A stretch of DNA of 64,000 nt from Raja brachyura (taxonomy: Eukaryota): positions 17,298,001 through 17,362,000 of the forward strand of contig OY740791.1 of the NCBI GenBank assembly GCA_963514005.1, in the 5' to 3' direction. The notes under the pieces are model-generated. The model worked only from the letters and a program-made list of their open reading frames with translations, was not told the origin of the DNA and made no database searches. Position 1 is the first letter of the stretch. Every line of letters begins with the position of its first letter. A program made the translations under genes and the position numbers. Of this stretch, positions 38,071 to 50,976 are shown piece after piece.

Positions 38071-38849
38071 GGCAGCAGCCTCGGCAAAAACAGTTCCTAG
38101 AAGTCTTCCCGGCTACTCACGTGGTGTTACAGACCGTCTCCCAAAAAGGAGACACTCAACAAAATACACGCATGCAAACTTTTTTTTGTTTTTTCGGTGC
38201 TTCGTTGGCAAAGCCAGCATTTTGTAACCCATCCCCAACTGCTCTTGAAACCATGGGGATAAGTTACATTGTGTGGGAAGGAACTGCAAATGCTGGTTTA
38301 CACCGAAGACAGACACTAAAAGATTGAGTTACTCAGCGGGCATTTCTCCAAAGATGGTTCCTGCCCCGCTGTTACTCCAGCTTTTTGAGTCAAAAGTGAT
38401 AGGAGATTTTTAGGCCATCGTGTCTCCTCCGCCATTCAATCATGGCTGATCCATCCCTCCTAACCCCATTCTCCTGCCTTCTTCCCATAATCTCCGACAT
38501 CCGTACTAATCAAGAATCTATCTCTGCCATAAAAATATCGATTGACTTAGCCTCCACAGCCTGCTGTGGAAAAGAATTCCACAGGTTCACTACCCCCTAA
38601 CTAAAGATATTCCTCCTAATCTTCCTAAAGTAACGTCCTTTAATTCTGAGGCTAAGATCTCTCGTTCTAGACGCGCCCACTCGTGGAAACATCCTCTCCA
38701 CATCCACTCTATCCAAGCATTTTACTATTTGGTAAGTCTATCTATCTTCAGGATAAGTTACTTTCTGCCAGGCAAAGATAGCCTTAGGTGATAACAACAA
38801 TGAAATCTGCATCATATGTGCCCATTTAAAGCTAGTGTTATTTGTAAGA

Positions 38850-39480
38850 AGATTCAAGAGTTTATTGTCATGTGCCCCTGATAGGACAATGAAATTCTTG
38901 CTTTGCTTCAGCACAACAGAACATAGTAGGCATTGACTACAAAACAGATCAGTGTGTCCATATACCATTATATAAATATGTACACACATGAATAAATAAA
39001 CTGATAAAGAGCAAATAAACAGATCATGGCTATTAATGTTCAGCGTTTTGTCCAAGCCAAGTTTAATAGCCTGATGGCCGTGGGGTAGTAGCTATTCCTG
39101 AACCTGGTCGTTGCAGTCTTCTTTCGTGTGGCGTGCACAGCCTAAAGTCGTTGCACAACTTGTTCTATTTGATCTTCCGTTTGTGCACGTCGAGTTGATT
39201 GCATTAGTCGAAACAGGGCGGATCACGTGAAGGTTGCAATCCTCCACCCCGTTGCAGTCTTCAGGCTCCTGTACTTTCTACCTGAAGGTAGCAGGGAGAT
39301 GAGTGTGTGGCCAGGATGGTGTGGGTCCATGATGATACTGCCAACCTTTTTGAGACAGCAACTACGATAGATCCCCTCAATGGAAGGGAGGTCAAAGCAG
39401 ATGATGGACTGGGCAGTGTTTACTACTTTTTGTAGTCATTTCCTCTCCAGGGCGCTCAAGTTGCCGAACCAAGCCACGAT
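38850..39480 (-). mobile_element. Rex/Babar-like LINE 3' fragment hosting the ribozyme element
   Basis: CAAGAGTTTATTGTCAT-type tail and ACCCACACCATCCTGGCCACACACTC...CTACCTTCAGGTAGAAAGTACAGGAG on -. Confidence 0.7.
39122..39250 (-). mobile_element. Same ribozyme-headed short retroelement, copy 2, inserted in a Rex/Babar fragment
   Basis: Flanked by GTTGCAGTCTTC (39110-39121 and 39251-39262). Starts GGGGTGGAGGATTGCAACCTTCACGTGATCCGCCCTGTTTCGACTAATGCAATC. Confidence 0.85.
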
Positions 39481-42400
39481 CCCATGCAATCTAACTTTTC
39501 AGAGCAGCCTACCATGAGGAACCTTGTTGAATACTTTACAAAAGTCTATATATATACATCTACAGCTCTGCCCTCATCAACCTTTTTGATCACGTCTTCA
39601 AAAAACTCAGATTTGTGAGACATGACTTCCCACGACAAAACCATGCTGACTATCCCTAATCCGTCTTGTCTCTCAATGCCCGTATATCCTACCCCTCAGA
39701 ATACCTTCTAGTAACTTTCCAACTGCAGCTGTTAAGCTCACCGATTCCCAGCAATTTCCCTGCAGCCCTTCTTGAATAAAGGCACATTTGCCACCCTCCA
39801 GTACCTCCCCTGTATTTAAAGATGACTCGTAAATTTCAACCAGGACTCCTGCAATTTCCTCTCTGATGTCCCAAAATGTCCTTGGATAAATATGATCAGA
39901 CCCTGGAGATTTGAGATTTTCAGTTTCCCCCCACACTCAAAAGATGCACAGGCTTGTACAGTAATTGGCTTATATATATTATAACATTTATAACATTATT
40001 ATAACATTTTACCTTGTGTGTGTAGGATAGTTTTAATCTATGGGGATCGCAGGGACTCGGTAAGCCAAAGGGCCTGTTACCATGCTGTATCTATGAACTA
40101 AACTAAAGATTAATTACACTCCAGGCACATTTATCCCTCGTAGAATAATGTTGTGACATATCCAGCTTTTATAAAAATATTCTCAATATTCCGAGACACA
40201 AGGTGTTCAGTAAAGATAGGGAAAGGAGGGATTATTGATGAAGAACATTGTAATGCTGGAGAAAGAGAATGTCTTGGAAAGATCAGGGTCCACATCTGTT
40301 TAAAGACATATTAGAGGTGTTTTACTTTAGTTTATTGCCACATTATTATAATTATGTACTATAAATATACTATTTATAGAACACCAATGGGACATTGAGG
40401 AACAAACTGGCATGGAAATTACACGCATTCAAAATAAACTATTGAACAATGATTTTGGGGTCTTAACATCCAAACATTGATTAAGATAAGAATAAAGAGC
40501 AAAGAGGGATAGGAGTTATTGAAGTACATTCAGGGGTGCTGTGTTTAAAAATACATTTCCAGCCCAATAGGGCAAGCAGACTTAGTTCTAGAAATGAGAC
40601 AGGCCAAAGTGAGGAAGTAGTCAATAGGAAAACAGGGAACAATGGTCTTAATATCATAGCTCTGGGAAAGGATTTAGGCAACACTTAAGTCATTTGGAGG
40701 GATAATATCAAAGAAATGAAAACAACTCTAGCCCAGATAAATTGATGATCCAGCCACAATCTGGCTGCATTCCATGATGGAGAAAGATGGGGAAATCAAT
40801 GCTGAAGATCCTAAGATGCCCAAAAGGATGGAATCAAAATGAACAGAAAGTACAGATCACAATTGCTGATCCTCTGAACAATGGATCATTAACTGGAGGC
40901 GTGCACTGTGTCTCCCACATATGCTGCACGATATGCTGTTGCACATCTTTCATGCAGACATATGAAAGACGCCAAAGTTTGAACATAGGTGAATACAGAA
41001 AACTCAGATGGGAAGTAAAGGGGGCAAAGGCTATGGGAAAAGACTGGCTAAAGACTCAAAATGAAATTTAAAAAATAATGTACAGAAATGCAATAAGGGA
41101 AAGGACTAAATGGCAAGATGGACACTGATCACTGAGTACTCGTGGAGGGAGAGGGCAAGGCTCACATTTACACGTTTCACCAAACTTGATGTTGTTGCTG
41201 GGTTCTCAAAGGGAGATGTAGTTGAAATATTGCATGTGCCAGAAACTGATATCAGAGCCACTTGAAATGTATAGGTTCACCATTTTAACTCGAATTGCCT
41301 CCATTAATTACACTCTCCGTGGGATTTTGTTAGAGATTAGTATAACCCCATGCTTCAAGTTTAAGCCAATTCTGGAATGGTTAAGATGAACATCTCACTC
41401 CATCAACCGCAAGTCTCATGTCTCTCTAAGCATCACATCGAGACTATTATTAAAACAACGTTCCACGACTGGAGTGAACACCAGTTTTTGATGAAGGTGT
41501 TTTTTAACCTATAAAAGATTAATTAATCAGGCAAAATAATATAATGAGGTGAGTGTTTGTGCATTAACGAGTGAATGAAACATTGGAAAGACTGAGTAGC
41601 GAGCAGTACAGTGGATCAGTTCTGTATCGAAAGTCTGAACAGGTTTTGGCAGTTTAGTAAATTGGCTGTATATAAACAGTTAGCAATCTACACAGTGATT
41701 CAGTTGAAGGCAATTCCCTGAATTTGTCCATCCGAAAATTGCTCACATCGAGTTTCACAGGATCTTGTTTCCAGCAGTCCTCAGCGGTTTACAAGGTTGT
41801 TGAGTATCCAGCTATTGCCCTTCAGCTAGAGTTTGAAATTTATAAGGCACAACAACAACTTGGATCGTCTGATCAAGATACGCAAAGAGCTTGAAGTCTG
41901 AAGAGTCTCATCCAGAAACGTGTCCCATCCGTCTTCTCCAGAGAAGTTGCATGACCTGCTGAGTTACTCCAGCACTTTGTGTCCTTTTATGTGAGGAGTT
42001 TGTAAGCCTAGTGTCTTGATACTATAATCAAAGGTTAATTGTAGAAATGTGGGTCTCAAAAGGATAAAAACTGCACACGAGAATAATAGGTCATTTGGCA
42101 CATCAAGCCCATTCCTTGTCATACAAAGCAACCTTTTCAAGTCCCACTTCATATTTACTGTCACCAGCCAAATAGGTCTCCTTTAAAAAACGTATTTCCC
42201 CCATAGGGACTCCTTTTCAATTTGTCAACACCAAAGTACGTATGATTGGAGCATAGGTGTTGCATATGATACGATCTAACCAGACTTGCATTCATTTCCA
42301 GGAGGCACAAAATTTGTTCTGGCATTTTAAATTGTGCTTTAATTCGATTTTCATGAATAGGAGACAAAGTGGGCCTGGAAATATTAAATTCATGCCACAT

Positions 42401-44070
42401 AAATTAGCCAGAATGCTGGATATACTAGGCAAATCGGCTTGCATCTGCAGAGAAAGGAAACAGTTAGCTTTGAAGTGGATGACCTTTAATTAAATTAGAC
42501 ATCTTTTTCCCTGTTCAAGAAAGCCAATTACATTTCTGAGACGTTCCAGCTCCTGTTATTCACTTCAGCTGTGGAGGATTTTGCTCTTTTAACATCTCAC
42601 TGGCTTTCAACTTCTTTCTATTGAAATAAGTTTGAAATCAGTGCCTAGATGTCATGGATTGGGATACATTTGTTGAGAATAACTGAGATTCCAATGTTGA
42701 CGTTTGACATTAATTTGTAACTATTCATCACGTAGCTAAACTTACACAATCCTGGATCCATTTTGTCATCACTATCGAGAAGCTTTTCCTCCGCATTACC
42801 CATTTTATTTAAGCTTTTATTTTCTAATGGGGCATAAACTTAATGAAACCCAATGTCAGATGTGATTCAACAATTAACACAAGTATTAACACAAGCAAAA
42901 CTGTTTAAGAATTATCTTGGCGAAACACCACCCTAATGGTTGGGGAAAAACGAGATTTTCATTCCTTTCCCAATACCGTATTAAAAAAAGCAATTTTTTT
43001 TTTTGCAAGGACCAAGTCCACCAAACATTGCCACAAGTTTCCTTAACAGCAAACTTCCTTGCTCCCATGTATTCAAACTTCAGTTAACAAGTCAACTATT
43101 ATTTTCTCCTTCATTTCTTACATTAAAGACACTTCATTCAATCTCCAACTCAAATGTGAAACCAACACTTCTGAAGGTTCACATTGTCAAGATTTGTTAA
43201 GATGGACCATGCTATTTTCCTATTAGCCACTTTCAAATAGCATCAGCATCACAATTGCTCTCAACTTCATAGGCACTTGTACTGTCAAAACAAAGATTGA
43301 CCAATATCGTGGCAGTGTTACAGCCAAATATTAATGCAACATCCAATTATCTTTTAATTGATTTTTATCTCAATGTCTAGCTCTTTACATAGCCTTAGTA
43401 TCTAAAGCTTATGTTATATTGTTCATCCCAGAGTAATGTCCTAACCTAATGCCTCAAACCACACACCATCTTCTAAATATCACGGTCTACCCATTTATCA
43501 TCTCAAGCACTGAACCCAATTGACAATGCTTTTAATACCTAAACCATACTATTTAAATATTTTCCTTTTTGGCCTCCAATATCTAATTAACAGTCAAACC
43601 TTCCACATTTAGTCTCACTCTCCAAGTCTACTTTTTTGGAGCTGTATTTTATCCTAACATCATTTATATTCACCCACATGCATGTCTTAGCTCGTATCAC
43701 CACACGTCCTTCGGTGTACTTTGTTCACCGTTTCAACATAGTCTAATAACTATGTTCATTCAATAAAGGTCCTAAACTTTTCATTTATGTGGACCTCATT
43801 CCCAAACTTCCTTGCTAATTCTGCATTTCATGATTAAATTATTTTGCATTTCTAATTCGCCATTTCTTCAAAAACCCACTCATATGTTATACTTCCAGAG
43901 TATGGTCCATCTACCCCCATCTCCACTTGTCTATCTTAACTTTTTTTAAAAAATGGTTACTTTTAGTTTAGTGGCCTGGTCGATGTAAAGAGTTACAGTA
44001 AAAAATGGAGTCCCAACGCCATATGTTTGTTCAGTAGACCTTGCGTAGCCCATGTGACTCATTTCATATA

Positions 44071-45030
44071 TGGGTGTTTCCGTAAATACAGCACTCAGTA
44101 GCGAAACTGAAGGACTCCAAACTTCCAGGTTATTTTCCTGTTATTTTCCATGTAATATTCCCATTGTTTCTTATCCTGTATTTTTAGTATAGATCATGGT
44201 GTGTAGCCAAAATTATGAGATGAAACAAAAAATAAATCTATTTTTACAAAGAAAAATATCAGACATATCCCTGTGTTTTCTAGCCATTTTTGCGACATAT
44301 CTTGAGCCTTATTTATACCCGAAAGATTACATTGTTTGCATTTAAATAACTCTATACAAGCCAAATTCTGATTATACTTACGATTTTTATTTATCACCCG
44401 ATAAGATGGTTTTCTGAAGCCCCAAGCTTTTGCAGCAGAACGCGAGTAGCGGTGTCCATTTGATCAGGTGTGAAATGTGAATTAAAAGCAGAGTAACCGT
44501 TTTCATATTTATTTTTTATTTTGTAATTGTTTATATTTTGTGTTTAAGCTTTCCATAATGAATAGAAGTTAAAATCATGAAATAAAAATCTAGTTTGCTC
44601 ACCTATTTAAGCGATGTCTCATTTTGTAGTCCCTCCTGTTGTCTAACATTGCCAATGCTATTTATAGCACTAGAACAGGGTTTTGGGGATTTTTTTTGCG
44701 ATTTAATAAAAATTCAAACACCACGATTATATTGACCCTGGCTGCAGCAGGGAACTACGGGCCTCGTGATGGGTTACGTGCCGTCATTTTGTAAGGGACC
44801 GTGGAAATCAGTAAATGTCCCATCTGTCTTATAATTTTTTTTCCTCTTTTTTCCTTCAAATTTTGAAAGTATTAAATTTGTCAAATTTTTGGTTGTTTTT
44901 GATCACAAATTAGCTCAAAGGGATCATAGGTAAGCCCATTTTAATGCTGTGGCATTTCATTATGATTTAATAACTTTCAAATTTGGCCACCTTTGTCACA
45001 GGTTGGTACGCTTATTTACGGAAACACCCA
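44071..45030. mobile_element. Non-autonomous DNA transposon, probably Tc1/mariner type, in the ANKHD1-EIF4EBP3 intergenic region
   Basis: Perfect inverted repeat ATATGGGTGTTTCCGTAAATA (44068-44088) / TATTTACGGAAACACCCATAT (45013-45033); TA flanks; no ORF. Confidence 0.7.
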
Positions 45031-46201
45031 TATCTCGTTAGAATGGACCTAAGACCTTGTGCATCTAATATTCCCTTCGTCTCAACAGGAACTGCAGTGA
45101 ATAATGCATTTCATTTTCTGCTTCTTTCAAGTGCAGTTAATCACTCATATTTTTTAATAACTACAGCCCCTGATGAATTTACAGAATAGTCACAACATGA
45201 AAGGCCTTTCTGCCCAAAGACACACTGGGTTTATGCAAAAATAATGGAGCTAGTCCCACGTCCCAAATCTCTATTAATAGCCCTACAAATATACTTTTAG
45301 ACAATTCTAATATTATGCTTAACCTAAGTCACATAGCATGCTATTTGTGTATGTTCAGGTTATGAATACTTGAGTATCTTCTTTCCAATCCTGCAGTCAA
45401 CTGCCTAGCATCTCATGAAAATAGCCCACAATATCATGCCATCCATATGCAAAGAATGGAAGCTGAAAATTCAGAACAAATTCTGTCCCATGTGCACATT
45501 TAATCGATATCTATTCCGATGTTAATTCAGACTGATTTTACTGCACCTTTCCGATACTTTTCCTTGAGGAAATAGCAAATACCACTTAAAAACAGAAAAT
45601 ATTGGAAAAACATAACAGATAAGGCAGCATCCGGGGAAAGAGAAACAGTTAATGTTTCAGGTCGAAAACCGTCACAACTGGGAAAGAGAGAGAAAAAAGT
45701 TAGTTTACATGAATACAATAGGTAATCAATATTCAAGTGTGTTTATTTATCTGCCCCAAGCTAGCATTTCAATCGACCTTTTCTTTTCTTTCCACCCACT
45801 TTTTGCTTAACTGACAAGGTCCTGCAAAACCTGAAATAAAATTTAATTTTTTCTGCTGGTTTTGTACAAAGCGATATTCAACCTTTTAAAAATATGTCTT
45901 TTGTTATAACAGCTCTCTGAATGTTTGGTAAAACTACTAAGCTCGGTACCAAGAGAATATTAGTGGTAACCAAGAAAATCTAATTGCTTGTAAAAATGCA
46001 AATAAAATGCCAAAAAATTACCACTTAAAATGAAAATAATGTGACCACTGGTCATATCTTGCATCTGTGTTTGTATATGTATTTGGCATTATGTTTGTAA
46101 AAGGTATTGTAGTCTGCATTCTTATTAGAAAATTAAAATGATCGAAATCGAACTAATTAGCTACTAGCAATAAAGACGCTAAAAATGAGGTACTGTTCAT
46201 T

Positions 46202-46207
46202 TTTATT
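46202..46207 (-). terminator. Probable ANKHD1 polyadenylation signal (AATAAA)
   Basis: tttatt on +, about 450 nt after the stop codon, at the end of an AU-rich 3' UTR-like stretch. Confidence 0.55.
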
Positions 46208-46655
46208 GAATATTAAGGTAAATATTTCACATTAATACAGGCTACATAAAGTAGAGCCACTATACGACATGAAATTTACTCTTGTTTTAACCCTTTTTTA
46301 GTATGTAAACAATTATACATGTATTTACCACTCTAAAACATCTGGATTAATTCACATAATTATCTAGTCCTCGGCTGCATACAAGCAGTTTACAGTACTG
46401 TTTAGCCAGCAGCACAAGAATAGTCTGTCCCAAGTCTTAAGTCAAAATGGCTAAACTAACCAGAGAACCGAACCTGCTATGCAGGTGATCACTTTGTTCA
46501 TAGACAGTGGTAAATCAATTAAGTTCATGCGTAACAGCCCACAGAATTTCAGTTAGGCACATCAGAAAAGTTTTGTCCTGTTAATTTCTTCCCAGATCAA
46601 TTTAGTTTCAATCTCAGGAAGACATCTCAGGAATTTGTGGGCATGCTTGCGTCCT

Positions 46656-46715
46656 CTAGTTGACATGGTTCAGATGCACGTTACCAATATGCGGTGCCCA
46701 GGTTCCAGGCCACAC
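46656..46715 (-). CDS. ANKHD1: ANKHD1 last coding exon with stop codon
   Basis: After tttttgcag the exon reads VWPGTWAPHIGNVHLNHVN*TAG, resembling the vertebrate ANKHD1 C-terminus as recalled. Confidence 0.92.
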   Translation of the reverse strand: MWPGTWAPHIGNVHLNHVN

Positions 46716-47740
46716 CTGCAAAAATGAATTTAAAAAGTCCATTTAATTTAATAGATCTAAAATCTTGTAGATCTTGTAATTACATGTGGAATAGAACCAT
46801 AATCCATGCAAACAATTCATCATGTCTTGGAGTTAGATTGGCTTTAACACTATGAAAAAGGTGATAAAGGAAAATAATCTAAATAATTCAAATTACAGAC
46901 TTGAACTGTTGACTAGTGTTGAATCTGTTAAAGGTCTTTTCACTCTCCCACCCCATTAGAATACATTAATTAAGTCAGATGATTCTTTTTTTCGCCAAGT
47001 AAGCAATTCAATGCTATACCCTTTGAATGTCCATTACGGTCATATATATGATGCATCAGTCAACTACCTAACTTAAGCAAATGGCACTGGCAAAATACTG
47101 CAATACATCTTGGCCCTAGTCGTTGATTATAAATATATTGTGCATTCATAACAGCAAATGATTGAAAGTGACTAAAGATTCAATACCACCAGACATGCTG
47201 AAAAAACTGATTTGAAATATATACTAACATTTACTAAATCTTGGGAACAACGTAATTCCTGCAAGTTGACATTTTTTGCACATTCGTTTAAGATGAGGAG
47301 CTAAATGCCTAGTTTACCTGTCTTTGTGCAACCGTATCCATGACGTTAAAGAAACCCTCACAAAATTGGTCCCAAAAAGATTAAAATCATTATGGCTGGT
47401 TTTCAGCAAAAAGGTTCTGAATGGCAGTTGCCTGCACAGACAAAGCTGTGGTGTCATTTTGGGTTTTCAATGTGGAAATTTGTTAGTCTTAAAGAACCTC
47501 CTGCCAAGACAGCCACAGAGCAATTGAGAGAAGGCTATTATGGAAAGGAGCGAAAATGTGGTTTGGGACAGTGAGACTGGAGAAACACATCTTCAGCATA
47601 TATTAGCACAAATTCATTGCATGAGGCAAACTACCTACTTGTTGGCAATTGTAACTGTACAACTAAACCGTGTAATTAAAATACAATTCCATATCAATCC
47701 TATAAAAACAAAACTGTACAAAGGTGGATTATATTCACAC

Positions 47741-47905
47741 CTGCTGGGGGTCAGCATTCTCAGAGGAGTTTGTGACAACCTTTATCATAGGATTCCAGGC
47801 AGGATCTGTAGCATGAAGTCCATTGTAAAGAGGCGCCCCTGGGCCATCAGCCAACTGTGGATGTGGAGGAATCATGGCATTCCCATACATGGAAAGTGGC
47901 AAGCC
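47741..47905 (-). CDS. ANKHD1: ANKHD1 penultimate exon
   Basis: GLPLSMYGNAMIPPHPQLADGPGAPLYNGLHATDPAWNPMIKVVTNSSENADPQQ; tandem CAGCAG acceptor, GTGTGA donor; 165 nt, phase 0 to 0. Confidence 0.93.
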
Positions 47906-48594
47906 CTGCTGCAAAGAAACAAAAATCATTCCAAGTTTCACAAGATAACCACATTTTTTTCCAAGTTTCCTTTAAGCCATGATGGATCATGTTTGAAAAC
48001 TCTGCATTCCAATGGTTATTCCGCATTTAAATAACAGTCTATTTTCATTTGTGCAGAAGGTAGAAAACTAAGATGGAGCCTTTATAATGAACTACAAGCA
48101 TACCAGTTGTGGGAAACATTTTGTACTATTTCGCCTTTCCATGCTTCTCAATTTTCTATAGCTCTCTCTCAAGCCTTCCCTTCCCCAAGGAAAACAAACT
48201 AAGGCTTATCCAGAATCTCCCCATTCCATCCTACACAACATCCTGATAAATTTCCTCTGGAGTGCAATCATTTCCACCTGTAATGTGGCTATTTAAACAA
48301 CAGACAATATAGACCAAAGGACACAAATTGCTGAAATAACTCAGAAGGTCAGGCAACAACTCTGGAGAACATGGATAGGTGACATTTCAGGTTGAGACTA
48401 CTTCAGACAGACTAAGTGTCTTGAGTGATCAAAGTAGCTGTAAAGAACATGCACGTACACAAGAAATTCACAAGAAAGTACACAGATATACTTGATTATA
48501 GGGGAGTGGTTAGCAGAGCTACGTAACTACAATTAAAGGGACATGCACTAATCATCTACAGTAGCCCACTGGTTTATATGTTTTTTTTTGTTTT

Positions 48595-49036
48595 AATGAC
48601 TGAGAGAATGGAGCAGCTGGGCTTGTACACTCTGGAGTTTAGAAGGATGAGAGGGGATCTCATTGAAACATATAAGATTGTTAAGGGCTTGGACACACTA
48701 GAGGCAGGAAACATGTTCCCAATGTTGGGGGAGTCCAGAACCAGGGGACACAGTTTGAGAATAAAGAGTAGGCCATTTAGAAAGGAGACGAGGAAACACT
48801 TTTTCTCACAGGGAGTGGTCAGTCTGTGGAATTCTCTGTCTCAGAGGGCGGTGGTGGCAGGTTCTCTGGATGCTTTCAAGAGAGAGCTAGATAGGGCTCT
48901 TAAAGATAGCGGAGTCAGGGGATATGGGGAGAAGGCAGAACGGGGTACTGATTGGGGATGATCAGCCATGATCACATTGAATGGCGGTGCTGGCTCGAAG
49001 GGCCAAATGGCCTCCTCCTCCTGCACCTATTGTCTA
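48595..49036 (+). mobile_element. CR1 LINE 3' fragment
   Basis: LGLYTLEFRRMRGDLIETYKI...RTRGHSL; CTATTGTCTAT tail. Confidence 0.9.
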
Positions 49037-49739
49037 TAATGGGTGATTAAAGATTGGCAGGATACAGAAGATTTTCTATAAATAAGAAAAGAAAGTTTGT
49101 TCACTGTAAACGCTATTCACTGGATGCTCTATCCACTGTAACTAATAGAAGGCAGATTGAGCCTTGATTTAACTTTTCAAATAAGCAACCACCTGCAAAT
49201 TCTTAAATAAGTAACTGGAAGAACTCTGTGCGAGAGCCATCACAAAAAAACTTGACGGATGAGGTAAAGGATACTGTATGATATTCAGATGTTACAATTC
49301 AATATCTGCAGACAGAGTAGACAAGCTGGGGAGTCTAATAAAACTAAGGTCCAGATGATCAAAGGAACTAAAATCTTAAATGGAGTTTAAAATCTCTTCA
49401 GTGCAATAGAAGGATGTTTTAAGTAAACATAGTTAAACAGCCATTAGTTGCAGCGATGTATAACTGTTATTTAAAGTTATCATGTGCACAAAAGACAAGT
49501 TTGTCTCTTGCCTGAAAAAAACTACATGAAATGTAACAATTCAATAACAAAAAAGCAAAATACTGTCTAAGAATACAATTCCTGAACTGAATATATGATA
49601 ATCTTTAAAACACAAATGGACATTCATAAAATAGCAAGTAGTGAGATTGCAATGCATGAAGTGCAATGATTTAATGAGCTGATGGGAAGAGTAATTTTCT
49701 ATTAATTGTGTATATGCTCAGAAATGTGGTGTTCTACAT

Positions 49740-50900
49740 TCCATGTTTTTTTTTTGCCATTTAGCTTTCTTACAAATTGATCTCCAAGTGAAACGCCACC
49801 TTCTTATATTGTCCCTCAGGATCAAGGATAACAAGCTTCTACTCCAATTCTGTGGTTCTGATGCGAGTGATGAAGCCAATGTGGAATCTGCTTACATTGA
49901 CGCCAGTAGGCTGTTAAGTGCTTTGAGGAGTAGGCATTTTTGTTGAATTTCTGTTTGTGCTAATGTTTGGACGAGAGGTTCTTAGAATACACCTTCACTT
50001 TGAGCAGTCAGGAGCCAACTGTCAATAGTAATTTTCCTCCGAGGTTCTCCCTTGAATCTATTCTGCTTTCCACCAGCAAAAGTAAGTTGTGAAATTAGAG
50101 TCTGTTTCGATAATTTGGTGTCAAACGTATAAACAACACTACATGCACAATGTATAACCATGTACAAATAGAGCCTCAATGTTCTGGATGCTGACTGAGC
50201 AGGGGACACTGACTTTGGTTCATTAAATTGCCAGTGGATTGCAGAAATTTGTAGACACACCATTGCTCGTAACCTTTGCATTTTTTTAAGATGATTCCTG
50301 AGAATAGGCCAAGACTCAGAAGCATGTAGAAAGGCAGAGATTACTACCGCCCAGTACCAGGTTTGTGCAAGATTTGATCTTGATCCTATTGGCAAACTGT
50401 AGGCTATGGCAAATGTCTTCATCGATGTCAATATTCATTGTCATGTGGCTTCAAGACATGGGAAGCATACTTTTCCTCTGTCTAGTTATGGATATTAATT
50501 CTCCGAAGGAAAAGATGAACAAAGGACAATGAATACTAGGCTTATTATCTCACGTGGTTCAGAGAACGAGCCAATGGTGTCTTGGAGCTCAGCCTCCAAC
50601 ATTAAAGTGATTGAGGTAAGATGTTCTTGGTTCTGGAGTTGAGTATTGTGGGCTGAACAGCTTACCCATTTGTCCTGTATATCAGTTCCTCCTAAGTTGA
50701 AAGCTTGTTGGAGACAAGGTATATCACTGCCGGGAAGATTGGGGAAAATAAATTCATGAAGTAATGGCATACCCTTGTGCCTGTATCAAGATTGGATCTG
50801 TTATGGAGCTTTTGGTTAGGATCATTGCTTGAATGGCATTGTGAAAAAAAAAACAAGATGGAAACTAATTGCAACGGTGATTGCAATTTAACCATTCAAT
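49740..50900 (-). mobile_element. Decayed RTE-clade LINE fragment
   Basis: AVVISAFLHASESW...HLKKMQ...CLQISAIHWQ resembles the RTE RT C-terminal region. Confidence 0.65.
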
Positions 50901-50976
50901 TCAGAGTTTCTGGTTATTACCAGACTAATGCTTCCTGATATTCATGGTCTATTTAAAACAGATAACTTTGACTAAC

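Larger units (their letters stand above)
36900..38150 (-). promoter_or_regulatory. CpG-enriched EIF4EBP3 promoter/first-exon region with an E-box cluster
   Basis: CpG density is visibly above the flanks. CACGTG occurs at 36922, 36999, 37241, 37806, 37894 and 38118. Confidence 0.65.

Noticed and set aside
37743-38087. N-terminal extension of 4E-BP3 implied by ORF 37560..38087
   Set aside because: Homology starts at the ATG at 37742; the upstream part has a non-ATG start and runs through promoter, MITE and CAG sequence.
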